A stretch of 64,000 bases of DNA, taken from Promethearchaeota archaeon (GTDB taxonomy: Archaea > Asgardarchaeota > Lokiarchaeia > Sigyniarchaeales > SOKP01). The position numbers and the translations under genes are program-made. Below, in pieces: positions 27,066 through 37,624 of this stretch (within the stretch, counting starts at the first letter, position 1; the number at the start of each line of letters is the position of its first letter). The stretch is taken from positions 16,330 to 80,329 of the forward strand of contig JAHPZJ010000027.1 in NCBI GenBank assembly GCA_019058245.1. The letters run 5' to 3'. The notes under the pieces were generated by a model, which saw only the letters and a list, made by a program, of their open reading frames with translations, had not been told where the DNA came from and made no database searches.

Positions 27066-29438
27066 TTATAATTTAATAGATCTCGCAATAACAGTTCTGA
27101 AATTTTCGACATCATTAACTAATTTATCAGCGTCTTCATCGTTAATCTTATCATCTTTACCGTATTTATTCAATTGAGTAAGCCAAAACTCAATTCTACC
27201 AAGAATAGCTTCTTTTTCACCTAGTACTTTTCGCAGTCGTACAAAAGTATCATGTAATTTGTTTCTTATATTTTGAGCTTTCCATCTCAACATACAATAA
27301 TCAGAAATTTCTGCCAAATTTTGGGTTATCGCCATTACATCAATAGTTTTTTCTCGTTCCTCTGATTTAATCTTCCGTATTATATTTATTTCCTCAAATA
27401 AAAGCTCTATTATCTTAGCAAGGAAGCCAGTAAGTTGACCTGAATGGTTACACCAAACTCTAACCTCTAAAGACTGATTTACCTCAGATACATAAACTCG
27501 TGTTACAATTCTTCCACCACCAACCTTTGCTTCGGAACAATGCCAACTTTCTGCTTCATATTTTCCTTTCGCATCACTACCTTCATGAGAAGTGACTGTA
27601 CTTACTTCAAAACGCTTTATTGTTCTTACTGCCGCTCTAAATGCTAAGCGGGGGTCTAAATCAGCAATTAAAAATGCTCGAGCATCATTAGGAAGATCTG
27701 CAATAGCTATTTGGATATCTTCAATTGTAGCTAAACAAGAAACTACCAAAGGACATTTTATTTGCACTTCTTTTTTTCTTATATGGACAGTTTTTTTGTC
27801 TCCTGATGCCGTTTTGTAGATTACATCACCACCAATATTCGATATCCCACATTCTTTTGGTTCTAAATAGAAATCAACACCTCTAGAATTTTTAGCTTCG
27901 ATAACTGGTATATTTATTAGATGATCCTTCGCTTTATAACTAGTTGGTACATCTAAGAGTACTTTAACTGAATTAATTGTCATACTACCTTGATTACGGA
28001 TGACTACTTTAAAGTGTAATTGACCTCCAATAAAATCATATTCACGAACTACTTCAATTTTCCCACCATCAGTAGGTTCTTTAGTAATTTTCTGTGTTGA
28101 TTGATCTTTTACTTCCATTGGTACACTATAAGCCACAAATGTTCTCTTTGACATATCAATATATCCATCAATATCACCGCGAGCAATAATCTGAGCTAAA
28201 TTTTCTTCAATGCTTGATTCAGTTACTCCTAATCTATTAGCTAATTCTCTTAAAGGCATAGTTCTATATGCTCTTGCAAGTTCTTTTATTTTCTTCTCCA
28301 TATATTTATTTGTCATAAATTCTCTTCTTTGTGTAAAGATTCCTTTGATAGAACCTGTTTTTATAAGTTCATGAAGGCTTTTTCTTGCTAATTCTACAGC
28401 AATTTTTAATTTTGTGGCTAGTTTTGAAAGCTCAAATAATCCTGTCTCTTTAGAATAGTTTTTAATATCTTGATAAATTTGATCTGCTGTAATGATTTCA
28501 TTTCCACGATCTGCAAAAAATCCGTTAATGGATTTTGTTCTCATTATGTTTACACAAAATGACTTTACAAGTTCCGTTGGAATGTGAAAATTATTTGCAA
28601 GTTGTTTTAAGGAGACCCTACCTTTAGATTTTACTTCTTTTATCAAATTATCTAGGATATATTTTTGAGTATAATACGTCTCTTTATCTAATGAGAAAGA
28701 TCCTTTTATTTGGAATTGATTAATTAATTTATAAATTACTTTTATAGCTATATCAGAACTCATATCAAGCATTATTCCTAAATCTGCTACCTTAACTGAA
28801 CCTTCACTCTGAAACTTTGCTAATACTTTTTTCCGTATTTCGGTAGAGATATAATAAAACATCTGATTTTTTTGATCAATAATTCCATAGATTCTTTCTT
28901 CTTCTATATATTTATTGATGAATTTAACCATCTGTTCGGCTGAGATATTAAATGAATTCATAATTGTTGAAAAGTTAATTATCGGGGCTCTTTTTAATAG
29001 ATCCAAGAAACATTTAGGACATACTTCCCTTCCTATAATATGTCTTAATTTCTTACTACATAATGTCATTTTACTTCCTTTCATAAGGCCATATCTTATC
29101 GCTTCTCTTGCTAATTTCTCTTTTGATGGAAAAAATAAACCTGGGGTTTTTAGATATGAATTCCAAGCTTCTGGACAATCAGTATTAGTACATTCTAAAT
29201 AATATTGACCTGAAGATAACCTTTCCAATCTTAAAAGATGCTTACAAACAGGACATTCACTATTATCTACAACGGTACATTTATAGTTTCTTTCTATTGC
29301 CTTTACTTTTGAATAGAAGAGATTGTGTTTTCGACACTCATGAGTTTCTGTGGTTGCTATATGATTAATACAGAAACTGGAATTACATTTTTCACACGTA
29401 AAGTCGATTCTTTCGCTTTCACAAAATAAACATTTCAT
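27066..29438 (-). CDS. Multidomain protein: Zn fingers + tandem winged-helix (PCI/UFL1/DDRGK-like) repeats + Ig-like appendage/platform domain
   Basis: N-terminal CxxC/His clusters; about five repeats of G.(V/I).L..LA..L.I....I....L...G.I.G..D; C-terminal REYDFIGGQLHFKVVIRN...VDFYLEP...CPLV beta-sandwich. Confidence 0.7.
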   Translation of the reverse strand: MKCLFCESERIDFTCEKCNSSFCINHIATTETHECRKHNLFYSKVKAIERNYKCTVVDNSECPVCKHLLRLERLSSGQYYLECTNTDCPEAWNSYLKTPGLFFPSKEKLAREAIRYGLMKGSKMTLCSKKLRHIIGREVCPKCFLDLLKRAPIINFSTIMNSFNISAEQMVKFINKYIEEERIYGIIDQKNQMFYYISTEIRKKVLAKFQSEGSVKVADLGIMLDMSSDIAIKVIYKLINQFQIKGSFSLDKETYYTQKYILDNLIKEVKSKGRVSLKQLANNFHIPTELVKSFCVNIMRTKSINGFFADRGNEIITADQIYQDIKNYSKETGLFELSKLATKLKIAVELARKSLHELIKTGSIKGIFTQRREFMTNKYMEKKIKELARAYRTMPLRELANRLGVTESSIEENLAQIIARGDIDGYIDMSKRTFVAYSVPMEVKDQSTQKITKEPTDGGKIEVVREYDFIGGQLHFKVVIRNQGSMTINSVKVLLDVPTSYKAKDHLINIPVIEAKNSRGVDFYLEPKECGISNIGGDVIYKTASGDKKTVHIRKKEVQIKCPLVVSCLATIEDIQIAIADLPNDARAFLIADLDPRLAFRAAVRTIKRFEVSTVTSHEGSDAKGKYEAESWHCSEAKVGGGRIVTRVYVSEVNQSLEVRVWCNHSGQLTGFLAKIIELLFEEINIIRKIKSEEREKTIDVMAITQNLAEISDYCMLRWKAQNIRNKLHDTFVRLRKVLGEKEAILGRIEFWLTQLNKYGKDDKINDEDADKLVNDVENFRTVIARSIKL

Positions 29439-29598
29439 AGTTTGAAATATAATTTTAATTTTTGAATCTATATTATATTTAAAAAAATTCTAATTTAATA
29501 TTTTATTGGGAGACCAATTTTATTTTTTTAATATCATTGGAATTTTATATAGGATTTTAATTTTTGCATTATAATGTGAGAATTATTTCTGAAATAAA

Positions 29599-30330
29599 CT
29601 AAAAAGAAGATTCTGGGAATATATAAACCCCTAAAAATGATAAGATCATAATTATAGTATTAACTAATATTATAATAATTAACATAGTTAATATTATCCA
29701 ATTCCTTTTGGATGGAGCAGATTTCATAATTTGAGATGTTCCATGCTTAGCTAAAGCTAAGGGAAATAATCCGATAAATGTACCTAATGAAAAATAAAAC
29801 ACAGTAAAAATTCCATCAATAAACCCCAACCAACCACTTAACGAAAATGCTAAACATTGAGAATAAATGAAAAGCTCAAAAATACATGGAGCAAATCCTG
29901 CTAATATCCCAAATAAATAAGGAGTCTTGTTTTTTTCCCAATTAAATTCAAATATTTCATCTTTTCTTTTTGAATGAGGCATATAACCCTTGCTTGCATA
30001 AATAAATAACAAAATAAATCCTGCAAACATGGATGTTAATGCTCCAAAAAAATAGATTACATTTTTTGGTATTTCATGTATTCCTGGTATCAAGAGACGA
30101 GGAATAAAACTAATTAAAATAGTAATGCTGGCAATTAACATATTAGAGGTCATTAATCCTAAGCCATAAAGTACTAAGATAATGAGACTTTTTTTAGGAG
30201 TTTTCGAGATCCCAAATGACCAAAAGAAAAATATTGCTTTATCTTCACAAGGCATTAAAGTATGGAATATTCCTATAATAAAAGCGGGAGCAAAAATTAG
30301 TAATAATGGCTGAGGATTAAATTCTAACAT
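29599..30330 (-). CDS. NicO/UreH/DsbD_2-like membrane protein (metal transporter or sulfite-exporter-like)
   Basis: GIFHTLMPCED and GILAGFAPC motifs, about 6 TM helices. Confidence 0.6.
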   Translation of the reverse strand: MLEFNPQPLLLIFAPAFIIGIFHTLMPCEDKAIFFFWSFGISKTPKKSLIILVLYGLGLMTSNMLIASITILISFIPRLLIPGIHEIPKNVIYFFGALTSMFAGFILLFIYASKGYMPHSKRKDEIFEFNWEKNKTPYLFGILAGFAPCIFELFIYSQCLAFSLSGWLGFIDGIFTVFYFSLGTFIGLFPLALAKHGTSQIMKSAPSKRNWIILTMLIIIILVNTIIMILSFLGVYIFPESSF

Positions 30331-30404
30331 TTTTGTTTTAAATTTTAATTTAATGATAAAATATCGGATTTTTTTATCTGTTTATATATCTTCAATTATT
30401 ATAT

Positions 30405-31700
30405 TTAGAATTTATTATTAATTTTAGGCGTATTTCTTATTAAACAAGATTTACAAATGCTATAAAAAATTAATAACAAAAAAACAGTACTCGCAAAATT
30501 AAAAGGAAACCATCTTTGTGTAAGAACCCATATTCCAAAAAATGCTAAATCAAAGAAATTCAAGAAGAAAAAACTAGGTTTATTAAATTTTCTAGTTAAA
30601 TCTGAATTTTTAGGTAAATTAAATATGATGATTATCAAAAGTGGTGTTAGGATCAGAATGTGATGATCCCAAGAATCGAAATATCCCAAAAGCATAATTA
30701 AAATACCAAAAGTATATCCATAAATTAAATCATTATCCTCAAATCTTCTAACCAAATAAGTTATAAATCCTATTCCACCTAAAATAAAAAGAATAACTAG
30801 AAAAATTGGTAATTGAAAACTTAATAACTGTTCTTGTGAAAAACCTATAACTATAAGAAAGTTTTGAATTAATTTAGTTATACTAAATGAATGATTCACA
30901 ATAACAGTATCCTCTCCAGTAAGATTTACATTTAAAAACCCATGCAATAATTCAGGATGTATGAAAAATATGAAGAAATTTAACGATACTGGAATTAGAA
31001 AACCAACCAAACGAATAATTGACTTAATAAATTTAATTTCAAATTTCTTTTGCTCTAAGTCAAAATGAACCAACATTAAAAAGGGGAGCAAAAAGATAGT
31101 AATAGGTTTAAATAATATGCTAATCCCTAAAATAATACTTGCTATAAAATTATGTTTAGTATCTTCATATTTTAGGAAGAGAAAAAGCGATATTAAAATT
31201 AAGAGTGTAATATATAAATTAATTTGTCCCAAAATGTAATTAAATAGGTTAGGTAATCCAATTAGGAACAAACTAACATATAATACAATTCTTTTATCCC
31301 CTTGTTCATGGTCTTCTCTTCTAATAAGAACAATTAATTTATAGAGAACTAAAAAGATTAAAATATTTAATATTAGATTAATGAGTGTGAATACTATGAA
31401 TCCTAAATCAAAACCCATTAAATAAAAAGGGACAAAAAAAAGAGCAGATATTGGAAAATATCTAAATGGCCAACGACTATAATTATTTTTGTTGTATAAT
31501 TCATTCACATTGTTAATAAAAACTTTCCCTCCTTCATAATAAACTAAAAAATCATTTTGATCTCTCAAAAAAACCAGAGTTAAAATTAGCGCTAATATAA
31601 AGTAAAAAATGTGAATTATTACAGCATATCGAAAGATCTTGAATTCCCATAATTCCCTAAATCTTCTTTTTATTATACTCATATGAGTTTTCATAATCAA
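30405..31700 (-). CDS. GT87 (DUF2029) membrane glycosyltransferase, copy 1
   Basis: NDFLVYY, FRYFP, GQINL, FKP, SWDHH; multi-TM. Confidence 0.82.
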   Translation of the reverse strand: MIMKTHMSIIKRRFRELWEFKIFRYAVIIHIFYFILALILTLVFLRDQNDFLVYYEGGKVFINNVNELYNKNNYSRWPFRYFPISALFFVPFYLMGFDLGFIVFTLINLILNILIFLVLYKLIVLIRREDHEQGDKRIVLYVSLFLIGLPNLFNYILGQINLYITLLILISLFLFLKYEDTKHNFIASIILGISILFKPITIFLLPFLMLVHFDLEQKKFEIKFIKSIIRLVGFLIPVSLNFFIFFIHPELLHGFLNVNLTGEDTVIVNHSFSITKLIQNFLIVIGFSQEQLLSFQLPIFLVILFILGGIGFITYLVRRFEDNDLIYGYTFGILIMLLGYFDSWDHHILILTPLLIIIIFNLPKNSDLTRKFNKPSFFFLNFFDLAFFGIWVLTQRWFPFNFASTVFLLLIFYSICKSCLIRNTPKINNKF

Positions 31701-31710
31701 TCTCTATTAT

Positions 31711-32469
31711 TTATTCTCTATTTCTAGAAAATACCCATTTTTTCTTTTTTATTATAATTATTGTTAATGCTAAAAGGAATAAAAAAACCAATCCAATCAA
31801 TGTAGGTACGACATAAACAGGTAAATAATCTAAATTAATATCTAAAATTACATGATAATCCCCTATATAAAGTTTATAAGAATCTAGTATTCCTTGATCA
31901 TTATAGATAGCGATAATTTTAATATCTTTTGAGGGAACTCCATTTGATATTGCATTTTCTCTAATCTCAACATTTAAAGTAGGTAAAACTCTATTATCTA
32001 CATCATACCAATTATTAAGACTTAATTCTCCCATGTATTCTCCTACAGGAATAGGAAACCAAAATGGTACAAGAGAAGAATACTCAGAAAAATTCAATAT
32101 TTGAGAGTAATCATTAGGATTGGAATAATAGGTTATTTCAGAATCATTATCTTTTACACCCCAATTGTCCTTATTATTCCATCTCCATATACTAAAATTT
32201 AAACTTATGAATACCTCATCAGATTCAATATTATTAATTCTCCATTTCATACTTTTACCTTGACTCATGTTTTCGAAAATTCCTGAATCATCCCATCCTT
32301 CACCAAAAATACTAGTTATTTGCCTTTCATTACATACTTTACATTTCCATATTAATTCTTGATCGTTTTGTATCCCTATACTATAAGCAGCAACACTAAT
32401 ATGCAAAATTCCAATATATAATAGTAATAAAATGAGAGTAAAGTTCAATAGAATAACCTTCCTCTTCAA
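31711..32469 (-). CDS. Secreted, C-terminally membrane-anchored surface protein
   Basis: N-terminal signal peptide, C-terminal TM followed by KKKK; NxS/T sequons. Confidence 0.7.
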   Translation of the reverse strand: MKRKVILLNFTLILLLLYIGILHISVAAYSIGIQNDQELIWKCKVCNERQITSIFGEGWDDSGIFENMSQGKSMKWRINNIESDEVFISLNFSIWRWNNKDNWGVKDNDSEITYYSNPNDYSQILNFSEYSSLVPFWFPIPVGEYMGELSLNNWYDVDNRVLPTLNVEIRENAISNGVPSKDIKIIAIYNDQGILDSYKLYIGDYHVILDINLDYLPVYVVPTLIGLVFLFLLALTIIIIKKKKWVFSRNRE

Positions 32470-33740
32470 TATTTTTCAACTCCCATTCTTTTTTTTCCTT
32501 TATACTTTCGTAAACAGTATTTACATATTCCATAGAATGATAAAATCAAAAAGAACGTAGCTGCAATATTATATGGAAATAATGGATATATAAGGTACCA
32601 AACACCTACAAAAGCAAGATCAAAAAAACTAAAGAAAAATAGACTTAATTTTATTGAACCAGTTATTTCAGAGTAACGAGGCATGTTAAAAATAATTAAT
32701 ATTAAGATAGGTGTTAAATTAAGTAAATGGTGATCCCATGAATCAAAATAAGTTAGCAACATAATTATAATTCCAAAAGCATAACCATATATAATAGAAT
32801 CCTTTTCTAATCGATTTATTATAAAAACGATGAATCCTAATCCTCCAACTATGCTAATTACAACTAAAAATATAAAAATTTGATTAAATGGAATATTGTA
32901 AAAATAACAGAAGTTAATAATTATTTTAGTTATACTGAAAGAAAAGTTTAGAGCAATTGGATTATTACCTGTAAAATTAGTATTTAGGAATCCTTCCCAT
33001 ATACCAGGGACTAGCAAAAATATAATGAAATTAAATAAAACAGGTATAATAACTCCTATTATTCGAATTGCACTTTTAAAAAAGTCGAATTTTAACCTTT
33101 TATTCTCTAAATCAATATTAAATATGATTAAAAATGGTATCAAGAAAAAAGCAGTTGGTTTAATAATAATACTTATTCCTAGAATAATGCTTCCAATCAA
33201 TTGCCATTTAAAATCTTTATATTTGAGAAAAATATAGAGAGATAATAGGATAAGAAGGGTGATATACAAGTTTATTTGACCATATATATAATTTAATACA
33301 TGTGGTAGGCCCATCAAGTAAATAGAGATATATAAAATGACTCTTTTATCGTCCTTTTCATGATCTTCATTTCTGATTAACAAAATTATTTTGAAAAGAA
33401 AAATACAAATCAGAAAGTTAAGGAATAAATTACAAATATTAAAAAATATAAATCCAACTTGAAAATTCAAAAGAGAAAATGGAATAAAAAATAATGCAGA
33501 TAATGGTAGATATCTAAAATCCCATAAATAATATGTTTGATTGTAAAGATTCTCAATATCATTGAGAAATATCTTACCTACATTATAAAATATTATAAAA
33601 TCATTTTTTTCTTGATTAAAGGCAAAAAAAAGTATGATTGAAAGAATAAAATAAAAACTATGAAGTATTAAGGCATATCTAAATACTTTGTGTTCCCAAA
33701 GTTCTTTAATTCTATGGATGCTTCTGAAAATTAAATTCAT
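32466..33740 (-). CDS. GT87 (DUF2029) membrane glycosyltransferase, copy 2
   Basis: NDFIIFY, FRYLP, GQINL, IKP, SWDHH; clear paralogue of 30405-31700. Confidence 0.82.
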   Translation of the reverse strand: MNLIFRSIHRIKELWEHKVFRYALILHSFYFILSIILFFAFNQEKNDFIIFYNVGKIFLNDIENLYNQTYYLWDFRYLPLSALFFIPFSLLNFQVGFIFFNICNLFLNFLICIFLFKIILLIRNEDHEKDDKRVILYISIYLMGLPHVLNYIYGQINLYITLLILLSLYIFLKYKDFKWQLIGSIILGISIIIKPTAFFLIPFLIIFNIDLENKRLKFDFFKSAIRIIGVIIPVLFNFIIFLLVPGIWEGFLNTNFTGNNPIALNFSFSITKIIINFCYFYNIPFNQIFIFLVVISIVGGLGFIVFIINRLEKDSIIYGYAFGIIIMLLTYFDSWDHHLLNLTPILILIIFNMPRYSEITGSIKLSLFFFSFFDLAFVGVWYLIYPLFPYNIAATFFLILSFYGICKYCLRKYKGKKRMGVEKY

Positions 33741-33888
33741 TGAGCTATTTTCAAATATTTATTTTTATTTTAAATTGTTAAATTAAATTACTTTAATTAT
33801 AAATTAAAATATTTAATATTTTATATTAAAAAGCTCTTTCAATATATCTTGGTTATAAAAATAGTTTTCATAATAAAGGAAAGTATCC

Positions 33889-34983
33889 TCATTTTTTTCT
33901 ATTTATCGAGAATTCTTTCTGAAAAAAACCTGATTCAATAATTTTCTTTTTCTTTTCACTGAAATCTGAAAGGATTTCAAATGGATAATAAATATTTTTT
34001 TCTTCTTGATATTTTAATATCCTTTTTCTAGTTAAATATATCGAGTATTTGGAAATATCACACCCTATCCATCTCCTCTTTAATTTTTCAGCTATTAATA
34101 ATGTCGTACCAGAACCACAAAAAAAATCAGCAACTAAGTCTCCTTCATTGGAGCCTATTTTAATGATTCTTTCAAGTAATTTATGATGTTTTTGAGTAGG
34201 AAAACCAGTATATTCTTTTGAAGCAGGTTGTAAACAAGGAATTTTCCACACGTCATCCATCTTTTTGTCTGTAACAATTCTGTAGATTACATGTCCATTC
34301 TCATCTTTCGCATTTTTTAAAACACCATTTACCATCTTTCTTTTTAATTGTTTTTGAGGTTTTTTTCGAGCTATTCTAATTTGATTAAAAGTATAGTTAT
34401 TAGATTTTGAATATACTAAAATTGTATCATAAGCTCTTGGTAGGTTTTTTTTTCCAGCAGAATATTTGTTATAATAATACCAAATAATATTATTGATAAA
34501 TCTATTCTTACCAAAAATATCATCTAATATTAATCGAATATAGTGATTCGCATGCCAGTCTGAATGGATAAAAATTAAACCCGTTTTTGATAAAATTTTC
34601 TTGAATAAAATTATTCTATCATACAGCATTTGTAAATAAGAATCTAAATCTCTATCCCAATGGTCATAATATGCAATAGAATCATAATGATTATCTTTTT
34701 CTTTTATTTTAATGTGGTAATTAGTACCAGAGAAGAAAGGGGGATCAATGTAAATTAAATCTATTTTTTCTTTGAAATTGTTTAATAAATAATATAAAAC
34801 CTTTAAGTTGTCTCCCCAAAAAATCTTATTTATCCAGATTTTAGAGCGGTTAAAATTCTCTCTATTTTCATTAAAATTAGCTCTATGATATTCAAAATAT
34901 TTAAAAAAATCAGGATGAAATTCTTTTTGCTCTCCTAATTTAAAATTATTAACTTTTTTATTTTCCCAAATTAATTTTACCAT
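33889..34983 (-). CDS. Site-specific DNA methyltransferase (N6-A/N4-C, beta class)
   Basis: IYIDPPF (motif IV) precedes DFFCGSGTT (motif I); FPTQK. Confidence 0.9.
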   Translation of the reverse strand: MVKLIWENKKVNNFKLGEQKEFHPDFFKYFEYHRANFNENRENFNRSKIWINKIFWGDNLKVLYYLLNNFKEKIDLIYIDPPFFSGTNYHIKIKEKDNHYDSIAYYDHWDRDLDSYLQMLYDRIILFKKILSKTGLIFIHSDWHANHYIRLILDDIFGKNRFINNIIWYYYNKYSAGKKNLPRAYDTILVYSKSNNYTFNQIRIARKKPQKQLKRKMVNGVLKNAKDENGHVIYRIVTDKKMDDVWKIPCLQPASKEYTGFPTQKHHKLLERIIKIGSNEGDLVADFFCGSGTTLLIAEKLKRRWIGCDISKYSIYLTRKRILKYQEEKNIYYPFEILSDFSEKKKKIIESGFFQKEFSINRKK

Positions 34984-35017
34984 TCTTATAATAAAAAGAA
35001 GTTATCTTATTAATCTC

Positions 35018-35746
35018 CTATTTGTTTTGTTCTAAGAGATTATCAAATTCTCTATCTGAAAGAAATCCTTTATGGATCATAATCTCTTTTACTTTTTCAA
35101 TAAGTTGAGGTGCTACTTTAGCTTCTGCGATTGTTTCCTCAAGTGAAGCAATATTTTGCTTTAGATCTTTAATTTCTTTTTCTTTAGTTTCTCGTTCCTC
35201 TTTTAGACTTTCAGTTTCTACATATTTATCTGAAACTGATTTTTGTAATTCCTTTTTAATACTCTCAATCTCATTTTCTCGTTGTATCAGATCTGCTTTA
35301 ATATCTTCATTTTCTTTTTCTAATTTAGATTTAGTTTTATTTTCCTCCTTTTCTAAAACTTCAATCTTTATATTAGCCTCTTTTAATTTATTTTCCAATT
35401 CTTCAACTTTAGAATTAGTTTCAGTTACTTTCTTTTCTAAATCCACTTTTGACGATTTCAATTTATTAATTTCAGCATCACCATAAAGCTTCTCTTCTTT
35501 TGCTCTTTCATAATTTTTATTTATCTCCATAAATTTATTATTTAATTCTTCAAGTTTTTTACTTGTTTCAGTTAAATCTTCTTTAGTCCTCTTAAACTCA
35601 CTTGAAATTTTTTCTAAATCTTTTGTTTTTTGAGTTAATTGCTTTTCTAAACTATTAATCTTTGCTCTAAGATCTAGCAAAATTTTGCCCTCAATAGCAA
35701 GCTTCTTTTCTGGTTTTTCTTCTGCTTTTGCCCAATCAATTGAAAT
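35018..35746 (-). CDS. Long coiled-coil protein, paralogue 1; probable ATT start at 35746
   Basis: Conserved head SIDWAKAEEKPEKK..IEGK.LL.LRA lies upstream of annotated TTG 35680; heptads; tail KGFLSDRE. Confidence 0.75.
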   Translation of the reverse strand: MSIDWAKAEEKPEKKLAIEGKILLDLRAKINSLEKQLTQKTKDLEKISSEFKRTKEDLTETSKKLEELNNKFMEINKNYERAKEEKLYGDAEINKLKSSKVDLEKKVTETNSKVEELENKLKEANIKIEVLEKEENKTKSKLEKENEDIKADLIQRENEIESIKKELQKSVSDKYVETESLKEERETKEKEIKDLKQNIASLEETIAEAKVAPQLIEKVKEIMIHKGFLSDREFDNLLEQNK

Positions 35747-35901
35747 TTCTCTTCCACCTTTACAATTTTTTGATAATTTTTATTTTTTTGATAATTGTAA
35801 TTTTGTATTATAATATATTTGTTTACTTAAAATTGATTATATATAAGATATACATCACAATATTTAATATAAATTTGAGAAAATGAAGTATAAATAATTT
35901 T

Positions 35902-36630
35902 TTAATCTTCAATTTCTTCTAATAATGGTTCAAGCTCTTTATCAGATAAAAATCCTTTTATCTCTAATATATTTTTAATTTTAGTTATTATTTTTGATGC
36001 ATTTATGATTTTTGATACTTTAATTTTATAATCTTGCAGTTTTTGAATCTGCTCTTCCATATTTTTTTTTTCCAAATTTAATTTTGTTTTTAGATTTTCA
36101 ATATCTTTGTTTTTATTATCTATCTCACTCTTAAATTCTTGAATTTGTTTATCCTTGCTTAGAAGCTCTTTTGTTTTATTTAATATCTCTTCTTCCTTAA
36201 TTTGAATTTCTCTATCCTTATTTAGGATTTTTTGTTCGTGATTAGTTGAACTTTCTACCAGGTAATTTAATTGATCCTCAAGATTTGAAACTTTTGCTAA
36301 CGTATCAGTAAATTTCTCATTCAAATTTGACTTTTCCTCTTTCAATTTAGCAAATTTGATATCTAAGAGTAGCTTTTCTTCCTTGACTTGGTCCAAAGAT
36401 TTTCTAGCAGAAGATCTTCTTTCCGTTAGTTCTGTCAGACTAATTTCTCGACCACTTAATTTTTCTTTAGTTATTTTTAATTCATTTTGAGTTTTTTCTA
36501 GTTTTTTTTTATTTTTCTCCAATTCTATCTCTAATTCCTTTATGTTCGCTCTGAGTTCTAGTAAAAATTTTCCTTCAATGGAGAATTTCTTTTCCGGTTT
36601 TTCCTCAGCTTTAACCCAGTCGATTGAAAT
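35902..36630 (-). CDS. Long coiled-coil protein, paralogue 2; probable ATT start at 36630
   Basis: Head SIDWVKAEEKPEKK..IEGK.LL.LRA upstream of annotated TTG 36522; heptads; tail KGFLSDKE. Confidence 0.75.
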   Translation of the reverse strand: MSIDWVKAEEKPEKKFSIEGKFLLELRANIKELEIELEKNKKKLEKTQNELKITKEKLSGREISLTELTERRSSARKSLDQVKEEKLLLDIKFAKLKEEKSNLNEKFTDTLAKVSNLEDQLNYLVESSTNHEQKILNKDREIQIKEEEILNKTKELLSKDKQIQEFKSEIDNKNKDIENLKTKLNLEKKNMEEQIQKLQDYKIKVSKIINASKIITKIKNILEIKGFLSDKELEPLLEEIED

Positions 36631-36756
36631 TTTTATATCACCTTTTAAACCTAATTTTTGAGAATATTTAAACTATCTATAATCTTTTATAAAAAACAAT
36701 TTTTTTAATTTAAAAAAATTGAATCATTTAAAGAATAGTGTTTAATCTTAAATTTA

Positions 36757-37557
36757 ATGGTTAAAATAACGTTTGGGACTGCTGGCTTTTTCTATCAAGA
36801 CTGGATAGGTTCATTTTATCCTAAAAGATTAGACAATTCACAATTTTTAAGATATTTATCAAAATACTTCAATATTGTCGAAATTAATTCAACATTTTAT
36901 AATTTACCATCTGCAGAAATGTTAATTAACTGGTATAATCTTGTGCCAGAAAGATTTCGTTTTATAATCAAAATATGGCAAAAAATAACTCATAATCTTA
37001 ATGATCCCGAAATTGATTATAGAATCAATGAATTTTTCAGTAGATTAAGCCTTTTAAAGGGAAAAATTTTTGGTTTCCTTTTACAATTTCCTCCCTGGTT
37101 TAAATATACTCCCACTCACTTTAATCAATTAATATCTTTAATCAAAAATGTTCCACCTCAATATAAATACATAATCGAATTAAGACATAATTCTTGGTTT
37201 GATAAGGATTATCTACTTGAAATTATTGATGGTCATAATATAATACTTGGAACTACATACATGCCAGAAATTTTGCCCTACTATATGCAAAATCAAAAAT
37301 TCTATTATATTAGGTTGATAGGAGATAGAACTCTTACAAAATTTAATCGAATTCAAAGAAGCCAAAAAGATAGTTATAAAGACTTGTTCAAGAATATTCA
37401 AAACATATTAAAAGATAAAAATATATATGAAATATTTATCATTGTCAATAACCACTTCCAAGGACATGCTCCTGAGTCAATTAATTTAATACAACAAAAG
37501 CTTGGTTTATCTTATCATAATTTTAATAACCAAAAGAATATATTTGACTTCATCTAA
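36757..37557 (+). CDS. DUF72 family protein
   Basis: GTAGFFY.DW.G.FYP, VEINSTFY, LLQFPP, ELRH.SW, YIRLIG, NNHFQGHAP. Confidence 0.9.
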   Translation: MVKITFGTAGFFYQDWIGSFYPKRLDNSQFLRYLSKYFNIVEINSTFYNLPSAEMLINWYNLVPERFRFIIKIWQKITHNLNDPEIDYRINEFFSRLSLLKGKIFGFLLQFPPWFKYTPTHFNQLISLIKNVPPQYKYIIELRHNSWFDKDYLLEIIDGHNIILGTTYMPEILPYYMQNQKFYYIRLIGDRTLTKFNRIQRSQKDSYKDLFKNIQNILKDKNIYEIFIIVNNHFQGHAPESINLIQQKLGLSYHNFNNQKNIFDFI

Positions 37558-37624
37558 TAATATTCTTTTAATTCTTAATCTTGAATAAGAAACCTTTAAA
37601 TATATTTGATTTAACTATTTTTTT

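Noticed and set aside
33889-34983. Restriction-modification or defence island around the DNA methyltransferase
   Set aside because: No adjacent endonuclease/Res subunit or other defence genes; appears to be an orphan MTase
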